A DNA stretch of 40,000 nucleotides from Cyanobacteria bacterium P01_G01_bin.39 (GTDB lineage: Bacteria > Cyanobacteriota > Cyanobacteriia > Cyanobacteriales > Xenococcaceae), in NCBI GenBank assembly GCA_039180345.1, contig JBCDDK010000008.1, positions 4,643 to 44,642 of the forward strand, given 5' to 3'. The translations under genes and the position numbers were made by a program. The notes below the pieces were generated by a model, which did not search any database, had not been told where the DNA came from, and was given only the letters and a program-made list of their open reading frames with translations. Shown here piece after piece: positions 18,218 through 25,821 of the stretch. Within the stretch, counting starts at the first letter, position 1. Each line of letters opens with the position of its first letter.

Positions 18218-19177
18218 ATGAGTAACAACCAAAGCAAATCCCCCAAAGTTAGTATTGGTATTCCCGTATATAACGGAGAGAAATATCTCGAACTAGCTCT
18301 TGATTCATTAATTCAACAGTCCTTTACAGATTTTGAAATCATCATCTGTGATAATGCCTCAACAGATAGAACCGAATCAATTTGTCGTTCTTATCAATCT
18401 CAGGATGAGAGAATTTTCTATTACAGAAATAAGACTAATTTAGGTGCTGCGGGCAATTACAAAAAAGTTTTTCAACTAGCACAAGGAGAGTTTTTCAAAT
18501 GGATGGCTCACGATGATCGCTGTTCTCCCAACTATTTAGCAGAGTGTGTCCAGGCTCTAGAACAAGATCCTGAGATTGTCATGACCTTTCCGCGATTTGA
18601 ATTAATCGATGAAAGCGATCGCACCTATCCCATAGTTAGAAAGAATACCTACCTCACCCCAGAATTAACTATCACTACTAATCCCGAGCGGAATTTTATG
18701 TCCTCTAGTCCTAGTGAACGTTATGGGGAAGTTCTATTTAAAACCACCGAATGTTATGAATTCTTTGGGTTAGCTCCCAGAGAGATTATTGAGCGCACTT
18801 CCCAGCATGATGCTTACTATGGCTCCGACAAGGTACTGCTGTGTGAACTGGCAATGATGGGCAAAATCAAAGAAGTTGCTAACGCCACTGGCTATTTTAG
18901 AATTCATGGTGAGCAGTCTCAATCACTCAAAAGCCATAAGGAGCGCTCTCAATGGATTTCTCCTAATTTATCTTATGGCGTATTTCTATCTCGGGTTAAA
19001 TGCCTCCAGGGTTATTATCACAGTATCTTTGCCTATTCTGTTCCTTTATCAGAGCGCATCAAGTGTTTCTGGACTCTCACTAGTTGGACAATTGATTTAG
19101 GAAACTGGATGTTAATGCTCAACGAAATCTTGCACTTCAAACCCAAAGTTAAACAAGAGAGATTAGGTAGTTCTTAA
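18218..19177 (+). CDS. glycosyltransferase family 2
   Basis: VSIGIPVYNGEKYLELALDSLIQQSFTDFEIIICDNASTDRT plus a WMAHDD (DxD-type) motif. Confidence 0.9.
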   Translation: MSNNQSKSPKVSIGIPVYNGEKYLELALDSLIQQSFTDFEIIICDNASTDRTESICRSYQSQDERIFYYRNKTNLGAAGNYKKVFQLAQGEFFKWMAHDDRCSPNYLAECVQALEQDPEIVMTFPRFELIDESDRTYPIVRKNTYLTPELTITTNPERNFMSSSPSERYGEVLFKTTECYEFFGLAPREIIERTSQHDAYYGSDKVLLCELAMMGKIKEVANATGYFRIHGEQSQSLKSHKERSQWISPNLSYGVFLSRVKCLQGYYHSIFAYSVPLSERIKCFWTLTSWTIDLGNWMLMLNEILHFKPKVKQERLGSS

Positions 19178-19209
19178 AGGCGTTGCTGGTTAATGTAATG
19201 GTGTACAAA

Positions 19210-19244
19210 ATAATACTGTTTTTAAGAGCTAAAGACAGTATTAT
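19210..19244 (+). terminator. AT-rich hairpin (10 bp stem, 15 nt loop) 33 nt after the GT2 stop
   Basis: ATAATACTGT (19210-19219) is the exact reverse complement of ACAGTATTAT (19235-19244). There is no U-tract. Geometry matches the 6693-6727 hairpin. Confidence 0.25.
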
Positions 19245-19367
19245 CTTTAGATAAATAAGTGAGATAGTGCTTCATCATTACACATTCAGCAATTCCCTCT
19301 TAATTTAGGCGTTGGTAAATCAAGGTATGAAAATAAAATTCATTTGCTTGATACACATTTTTCTTAA

Positions 19368-19416
19368 GCTAAAGGCTAACAGCTAATGGCTAATGGCTAA
19401 TAGCTAATGGCTACGA
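19368..19416. repeat. tandem heptamer array, about 7 copies of GCTAATG and variants
   Basis: Read directly: gctaaag gctaaca gctaatg gctaatg gctaata gctaatg gctacga. It is bracketed by a perfect 10 bp inverted repeat, AGGCGTTGGT (19307-19316) and ACCAACGCCT (19449-19458). Confidence 0.9.
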
Positions 19417-19567
19417 ATAGAAACACTTTATACGTCATACATCAAATCACCAACGCCTTAATTTTTAATTTCAACTAGTTTCTACCTCTGCGCGCCTAAC
19501 TTAGACAACTTTCTGGGCGCCATATTTTATAGTACGCGCCAATGCTGACAACTTACCCAAAATAAAC

Positions 19568-20653
19568 ATGAATAGCAATACCGTTATCGTAACCTCTACA
19601 GATCGAGGTTTTTTACCCGCAGCATGTTGTCAACTCTACTCAGCATATACCCATCTTAAAGATAAGCATGATGCCGAATTGTATCTTGTCTGCTGCGATG
19701 TCGATGATACAGATTTAGCTCAAGCCAAAGCGATGTTTGCCGCACGGGACATGGAGGTAGAAATTATTCATACCCCAGAAATTGCCGCGAAGATCGAAAC
19801 TATTAAAGGTCGTCGTTGGCCACGGGCAGCTTACTTGCGACTTTATTTTGATCAAATCTTTGGCGCAGAAGTGGAACGACTGGTGTATCTTGATGCCGAC
19901 ACCAGAGTGATGACAGATTTGACTCCTCTGCTAACGGTAGATTTACATGGTTATCCAGTAGGTGCTGTTCACGATATCTTCTATTACGTTACCAATCAAA
20001 TTGGCGATCGCCGCTCAACTTTGTTTCTTGATCCTGATGGTCCCTATCTTCAGTCAGGAGTCATGGTATTTGACTGGAAAGAAACCCTAGAACAGAACAT
20101 CCTGGGCAAGGCTCGTGAGTTTATCGAGCAGTATCCTGAAAGATGTATCGAAGCCCCCGATCAAGACGCACTCAATGCGGTACTAAAAAATCAATGGCTG
20201 CCTCTTGATCCCCGTTGGAATCTTCATGAGTCTTATCTGATGTATGCCAACACCCATAAAGCTTTCATCGAGCATTATACTTCCTCTAAACCTTGGTCAC
20301 GTAAGCGAGCGCCAGCTTGGAAGGCAGCATCCCAATGGTATCGCCAACAATTAGCAGATACTGACTGGAATGAATTCGTCAATCAGCCTTCTGCGATCGA
20401 ATCAATCATTCTAGAAATCAAATTTCAGATCTTAAAATCAGTCGTAAGACTTAAATATTTCTTGTCAGACTACACACCATTCTTACTCAACTTATTTGGT
20501 ATAGCTACCTGCCGAGTAGATAGTCCACAGCATAGTATCCCTCGTAGCCGCCGACATGTTGAACTGATGCTCAATCGGGAAATTGACGAAGCTGCCCGCC
20601 GTTGTCCGCCGCTGCGTCCTCCCGAGTCGATCCTAGGTTTTTCCTCAAAATGA
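19568..20653 (+). CDS. glycosyltransferase family 8 (RfaJ/LgtC-like) with a C-terminal extension
   Basis: YLDADTRV (DxD), QSGVMVFD, APDQDALN and HYTSSKPW (the HxxGxxKPW-type motif) are present. The last roughly 90 aa have no motif I recognise. Confidence 0.85.
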   Translation: MNSNTVIVTSTDRGFLPAACCQLYSAYTHLKDKHDAELYLVCCDVDDTDLAQAKAMFAARDMEVEIIHTPEIAAKIETIKGRRWPRAAYLRLYFDQIFGAEVERLVYLDADTRVMTDLTPLLTVDLHGYPVGAVHDIFYYVTNQIGDRRSTLFLDPDGPYLQSGVMVFDWKETLEQNILGKAREFIEQYPERCIEAPDQDALNAVLKNQWLPLDPRWNLHESYLMYANTHKAFIEHYTSSKPWSRKRAPAWKAASQWYRQQLADTDWNEFVNQPSAIESIILEIKFQILKSVVRLKYFLSDYTPFLLNLFGIATCRVDSPQHSIPRSRRHVELMLNREIDEAARRCPPLRPPESILGFSSK

Positions 20654-20737
20654 ATAATAATCAAATTTCCTTAATCCTGCTTTAACCAAGGACACACTGT
20701 CTTTAATCGGTAGCACCTCACCATGTAAAATCTGAGT

Positions 20738-22039
20738 TTGAATACTAAAGGCATGACTTCATTACCCAATTTGCGAGAAGAGCAGCAACACAGTCCCGAT
20801 AGTCAGCGCATTTTGATTTTTGAGTTATCTGTTGGTGGTCATTATCCAGAATATATTGCTCATTTAGTGAGCTTCTGGTGTGAACATAAACTATCAGGTT
20901 GCTTAAATATTGTGGTCGTGCCTGAATTTTTTCAGCGACATCGAGATGTGGTGGCGATCGCTGAACTTAACCAAGCGGATAACGTTAAGTTTATGCCACT
21001 AACGCCAACAGAGCGTTCGGGTCTCAAATCCTATGGTTCAGCTATTAAACGTAATCTAAGAGCCTGGCAGGAATTTAACTTAATAAATAAGTATGCCAGA
21101 AAATTGCAGGCTAGCCATGTTTTTCTGCCTTACCTCGATACGAGGATGCTACCCTTGGCTTTAGGCAGAAGTCTACCCTGCCCCTTTTCTGGTATTTATT
21201 TTCGTCCTACTTTCCACTACCCCAGTTTTGACTCTGGTAATCTGTCTTGGAAAGAAAGGCTACAGCATATTAGAGAAAAAGTAATTTTATCGAGAGTTTT
21301 ACGACAAAAGCAGCTTAAGACTCTTTATAGTCTCGATCCTTTAGCGGTAGAGCAGATTAATCGCCTGGCTCAAGTCCCTAAAGCCAAACCTTCAGCCGAC
21401 CCAGTCCAAACATATCCTGACTCTGACGTAAATTTAGCGGCACTAAAGTCAAAGTTAGGAATTGACCCCTCGCGCCAGGTGCATCTTCTGTTTGGCAACT
21501 TGAATAAGCGTAAAGGTCTAGAACAGGTATTAACCGCGATCGCCTTGATGCGGACTAAAACCGTGCAAAAGCTCTGTCTACTTTTGGTTGGTTCGATGTC
21601 TGAAGAAAATTATCGCAAGTTTCAATTACAAAAAACACAGCTTACTAAATCGCAACCCGTTGAGATCATCGATCACAATCAATATGTTCCTGAACCCGAT
21701 ATTCAAAATTACTTTGCATTAGCTGACGTAATTCTGGCTCCCTACCAACGGCATGTAGGCATGAGTGGAATTTTAAACCGCGCAGCAGTAGCCAGAAAGC
21801 CTGTGTTATCTACTGATTACGGTTTGATGGGAGAAATTACTCGTCGCTATCAGCTCGGTTTGACAGTCGACTCGAGTAATCCTCAGCAGATTGCTCAAGG
21901 ATTAAGTAAATTTTTAGAGACATCTACCTCACAGGATTGCAGCCACCCCAAGATGGCTGCTTTTGCCAGTCAAAATTCAGTTACCAAGTTTACCACTACT
22001 ATTTTCCAAGACTTAGGATTTACCAGTTGGCAAAAATAG
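20738..22039 (+). CDS. glycosyltransferase-like protein, paralog B of the diverged pair (partner at 3555-4826)
   Basis: Shares the same blocks as the 3555 gene: ELSVGGHYPEYIAHL, RNLRAWQEF, SGIYFRP, NKRKGL, APYQRHVGMSGIL, ARKPVL and YGLMGEITRRYQLG. The ORF-track start is TTG 20738, with ATG 20753 as an alternative. Confidence 0.6.
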   Translation: MNTKGMTSLPNLREEQQHSPDSQRILIFELSVGGHYPEYIAHLVSFWCEHKLSGCLNIVVVPEFFQRHRDVVAIAELNQADNVKFMPLTPTERSGLKSYGSAIKRNLRAWQEFNLINKYARKLQASHVFLPYLDTRMLPLALGRSLPCPFSGIYFRPTFHYPSFDSGNLSWKERLQHIREKVILSRVLRQKQLKTLYSLDPLAVEQINRLAQVPKAKPSADPVQTYPDSDVNLAALKSKLGIDPSRQVHLLFGNLNKRKGLEQVLTAIALMRTKTVQKLCLLLVGSMSEENYRKFQLQKTQLTKSQPVEIIDHNQYVPEPDIQNYFALADVILAPYQRHVGMSGILNRAAVARKPVLSTDYGLMGEITRRYQLGLTVDSSNPQQIAQGLSKFLETSTSQDCSHPKMAAFASQNSVTKFTTTIFQDLGFTSWQK

Positions 22040-22085
22040 TGATTTTATATCTAACATACTGTGTTAAATCTTTTTAATTACACTT

Positions 22086-25073
22086 TTAATTGCGCTCATT
22101 AACTTGAGCTTTGTCTAAGCAAATTTTTAATTTTTCTGCCAGAATTGGTGATTTCATAATAGAGGTATGGTTTCCAGGAACTTCATAGATTTCCATTCCT
22201 CCTGCTGCCAAATCTCCCCAACCAAGTTTGGGATCATTGTAAAAACCAGGAGGGCGATCGCTAGCCCGAAATAAAATAACTCGATCAGAGTAGACTGATG
22301 GCATGTAATTTCGCTTCGCCATGATATTAGCTTCTACAACTTGTTGTAGTGCTTCTGGTATCTCACCTGTGTCATTAATGATATCAGTAGTACTTTGGTC
22401 ACTGCCAGACAAGCCCCATAAAAATACATTAGTGTAAAAACCGCTAGCAAAATGTTTTAAAAGAAAGATTGCTAGAGAGTTAATCCGCTTTTCTAGAGAA
22501 CTAAGATTGTGAGAGACACTCTTGTATTGAGCAAATCTGATTTGAAAGATACTTTGCATCTTATGTTGGTTAATTTCTCGGTCTTCGTCAAAAACCTTTT
22601 GAACAATGCCCAAGCTCTCTAAAATCTTAGTCGAAGTCTGTTTGAGTCCCAATTGTCTCAAATTAGAGACAAGTTTTTGGGATAAAAGGCTCGGTTTACG
22701 CAGAGAATTAAATATTACGTACTTGAGGACAGATAATAATCTCGGTAGGGGTGGCAATATTTTATAGTAGTTTGGACCACTGCTATCAAACAAAGCCAGC
22801 AAAGCTACTTTCTGTCCTCGAGTCTGGAGGAGTTGGGCTATTTCCCAGGCTGTGGCGCCTCCAGTGGATAAACCAGCTAAAAAATAAGGACCATTAGGCT
22901 GGAGGCTACGTATTTGGGCAAGATAATAATCTGCCATATCCTTAACATCATTAAAAGGGGCGTATTTCCCATCTAAACCTCTTGGTTGTAAACCATAAAC
23001 TGGTTGGTCTACACCCAGAGCAAATGCTAAATCACGATAAACAAGAAGGTTACCACCTCCTGCATGGATATAAAATAGCGGAGGTTTACTGCCATTTGGT
23101 TGAATCGGCACTAAACTTTCCCAAGGAGATAGCCATTTTTCAGAGCGGATAATTTGGGCTATTTCCGCCACAGTCCCTGACTGAAAGAGTGTAGCTAGAG
23201 GTAGGTTTTTACCAAACTGCTTTTCTATTTGAGCAAATAGAGATACAGCCTGTAGGGAGTTTCCCCCCAAGTCAAAGAAATTATCTTTGACTCCAATAGG
23301 TTGAATACCTAGAACTTCTGACCAAATTTCGGTTAAGTGCGATTCCAATTGATCTTGGGGAACAACATAAGTACTAGATGGTTCTTGCCTAGTGTTATCT
23401 GGAGCAGGAAGAGCGAGGCGGTTGACTTTTCCATTGGGCAACAAGGGTAGGGTGTCTAGGATCACAAAAGCAGCAGGCATCATGTAATCGGGAAGTCTCT
23501 GCTTAAGGAAGTGCCGTAATTGGGCAACTGTAAGGTTCGATTCTGGGTTGGCAACTACATAGGCTACTAAGCGCTTTTGTCCTGGTTTGTCTTCGCGAAT
23601 CAAAACTACTGCCCCTTGGACAAGGTTATGCTGTCGCAGTTGATTTTCTATATCTCCTAATTCGACTCGAATGCCTCTGATTTTCACCAAATCGTCTTTA
23701 CGACCTCTAAGTTGAAAATTCCCATCATTCAACAGTCGCGCTACGTCTCCTGTCTTGTAAATCAAATCATGGGGATCGTCACTAAACGGGTTGGAAACAA
23801 ACACCTCTTTCGTCAATTCGGGCTGATTGTAATATCCAAGAGTCTTATAGGGAGTCCTAATATAAAGCTCACCAAAAACTCCGCGAGGACATAGATTTCC
23901 ATACCGATCCAAAATTACCGCCCTTGCCCCTTTAATTGGCTTACCAATGGGAATAAAGCCTCGCTCTAGATCAGATTCTTTTACTTGATGATAAAACTTC
24001 ACCATCGTAGTTTCGGTGGCACCATACAGATTGACCAGTTTGATCCGATTACTGTAGACTTTCCAAAAGTTTTCAACATCAGATACAGGCAAGGTTTCGC
24101 CAGACATCAAAATATAGTTGAGAGAATTCAACTTTTCCCCGTCTAGCTCTCTGTTAGTAAAAGTCGCAAACAAAGATGGTACACAATGAATCAAATTAAT
24201 CTGATTACTATCAATCCAATCAATTAATAGTTTTGTCTCCATTCTTGCTGTCAGTTCAGGAGAAATACAAATGGTTCCTCCTGAACAAAGAGGTACAAAA
24301 ATATCTCTTAAAAAGGCATCAAATGTAGGGCTAGTAAACTGGCTAAAACGCCATCCAGCAGTAATATTAAAAGTTTCTATTTCCCATTTTATAAAGTGAG
24401 AAACGCCTTTGAGATTTCCGACAATTCCCTTTGGTTTCCCTGTAGAACCAGATGTATAATAAATGTACGAACTCTGCTCTAGATCAACTGAGACTGATGG
24501 CTTTTCGGAACTAAATTTTGAGAGAGATTTACTAATGGGAATTAGATTTGCTTCAAACTGATTTGATTGCCAAGTCTCTTCAATATTGATAATCTTACTA
24601 TTCTGTTGATGATCACGGTATATTTGAGCTATTAGACTGCTGAATTTAGATTGAGTAATAAAGCAGTCTGGAGAAACATCATCAACAATTTGACACAACC
24701 GTTCTTCAGGAAAACTAGCATCGAGAGGGACAAAGACGCAACCAGCTTTCCATATTGCGATCAGCGAAATTATCATTTCGCTTCTATCATCGAGAATTAC
24801 CGCAATTTTTGACCCCTTAGCTATTTGGTTGCCAATTAAGCAATTTGCTAATCTATTAGTTCTATCATTAAGCTGGCTGTAGGATATTTGTTGATTATTC
24901 CACTCAATTGCTGTTTGTTCTTTGAAAGAATAGCAGGTTTGATTCAATATGTTTAATATTCCATCATCGTTGATGGCAGATATGTCAATTTGCCTTTCAG
25001 TTTTTATTGCTGAATCTAAGGAAAATTGGCTTTGAATCAGGGAAGTATTATGTTGCGAACGTTCATTACTCAT
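22086..25073 (-). CDS. NRPS termination module: A-PCP-TE, with no C or E domain
   Basis: A domain, about nt 23409-24941: A1 SYSQLN, A2 WKAGCVFVPLD, A3 YIYYTSGSTGKPKG, A4 FDAF, A5 NLYGATETT, A7 YKTGD, A8 GRKDDLVKIRGIRVELGDIE, A10 NGKVNR. PCP, about nt 23139-23351: FFDLGGNSLQAV. TE, about nt 22119-23096: GLSTGG (Ser736), LFDSS (Asp763), PGNHTS (His969). Confidence 0.95.
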   Translation of the reverse strand: MSNERSQHNTSLIQSQFSLDSAIKTERQIDISAINDDGILNILNQTCYSFKEQTAIEWNNQQISYSQLNDRTNRLANCLIGNQIAKGSKIAVILDDRSEMIISLIAIWKAGCVFVPLDASFPEERLCQIVDDVSPDCFITQSKFSSLIAQIYRDHQQNSKIINIEETWQSNQFEANLIPISKSLSKFSSEKPSVSVDLEQSSYIYYTSGSTGKPKGIVGNLKGVSHFIKWEIETFNITAGWRFSQFTSPTFDAFLRDIFVPLCSGGTICISPELTARMETKLLIDWIDSNQINLIHCVPSLFATFTNRELDGEKLNSLNYILMSGETLPVSDVENFWKVYSNRIKLVNLYGATETTMVKFYHQVKESDLERGFIPIGKPIKGARAVILDRYGNLCPRGVFGELYIRTPYKTLGYYNQPELTKEVFVSNPFSDDPHDLIYKTGDVARLLNDGNFQLRGRKDDLVKIRGIRVELGDIENQLRQHNLVQGAVVLIREDKPGQKRLVAYVVANPESNLTVAQLRHFLKQRLPDYMMPAAFVILDTLPLLPNGKVNRLALPAPDNTRQEPSSTYVVPQDQLESHLTEIWSEVLGIQPIGVKDNFFDLGGNSLQAVSLFAQIEKQFGKNLPLATLFQSGTVAEIAQIIRSEKWLSPWESLVPIQPNGSKPPLFYIHAGGGNLLVYRDLAFALGVDQPVYGLQPRGLDGKYAPFNDVKDMADYYLAQIRSLQPNGPYFLAGLSTGGATAWEIAQLLQTRGQKVALLALFDSSGPNYYKILPPLPRLLSVLKYVIFNSLRKPSLLSQKLVSNLRQLGLKQTSTKILESLGIVQKVFDEDREINQHKMQSIFQIRFAQYKSVSHNLSSLEKRINSLAIFLLKHFASGFYTNVFLWGLSGSDQSTTDIINDTGEIPEALQQVVEANIMAKRNYMPSVYSDRVILFRASDRPPGFYNDPKLGWGDLAAGGMEIYEVPGNHTSIMKSPILAEKLKICLDKAQVNERN

Positions 25074-25776
25074 TAACCAACCTCTGAAAATCTCTTGCTA
25101 TTGTTAATAAAGGATCTATAAAGTTGTAATTTAGATTATTTTGTTCTGATTTAATTAAATACTTGGTTATTAAGTGAAATTCAGTACAGCCAGCGATCAT
25201 TCCCTCAACTTGGTATTTCTGAGTCAAGGTATCTAGCAACTTTAAATAATCGAGAGTAGAATTGTCAAAGTTTTTAATTTTTATTTGATAAATTAACTGA
25301 TGAATTAAATTCTGATCCTCTTCATCTGGTAGTTCTATATATTGACTGGCCAAACTCCATAACTGGTGATTTTGGAAGATTCCCCCTTGGCATGTTCCCT
25401 TGGTGCATAACAACAGATATCGTTTTTGATTAGTTAACACTTCTTTAAAGATTACATCTATTAAAGATATAACTTTTTTTCTTAAATGAATTGGTATTTT
25501 GGGCATAAAATAGTGTATCGTTATGCAAGAAATTGCTATTTTGCTAACGCCTAGCTGGACAAGATGAGATAAAGCTTTTATTAGATGCTCGAGCAAGATC
25601 TCATCATTACCGCTAGTGACTGCTTTTGTTCGGTCGGGAAATGTTGGATCGGAAAACAGAATACATGCTGGTAAATCTTGCTCAAGATCAGAAAAGTTAA
25701 ATTCGTAAATTGTTTGCAGGAACTCAGTGGATGCTAAAGGTCCCATTCCACCTAAAATACCTAATAATTTCGTCAT
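25066..25776 (-). CDS. aspartate/glutamate racemase family protein (McyF-like role inferred)
   Basis: LGILGGMGPLAST at the N-terminus. Two candidate catalytic cysteines lie in AISCITIH and IAGCTEF. Size is 236 aa. Its stop overlaps the NRPS start by 8 nt (ATGAGTAA). Confidence 0.8.
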   Translation of the reverse strand: MTKLLGILGGMGPLASTEFLQTIYEFNFSDLEQDLPACILFSDPTFPDRTKAVTSGNDEILLEHLIKALSHLVQLGVSKIAISCITIHYFMPKIPIHLRKKVISLIDVIFKEVLTNQKRYLLLCTKGTCQGGIFQNHQLWSLASQYIELPDEEDQNLIHQLIYQIKIKNFDNSTLDYLKLLDTLTQKYQVEGMIAGCTEFHLITKYLIKSEQNNLNYNFIDPLLTIARDFQRLVNE

Positions 25777-25821
25777 AAATTTATCTATTTTTTTAGTACT
25801 TAAAAATTAGATTTGGATCAT

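Noticed and set aside
22040-22085. Searched for a bidirectional rho-independent terminator between the convergent glycan and NRPS genes.
   Set aside because: Only a 3-4 bp imperfect complementarity (GTGTTAAA...AATTACAC) is present. This is not a supportable hairpin.
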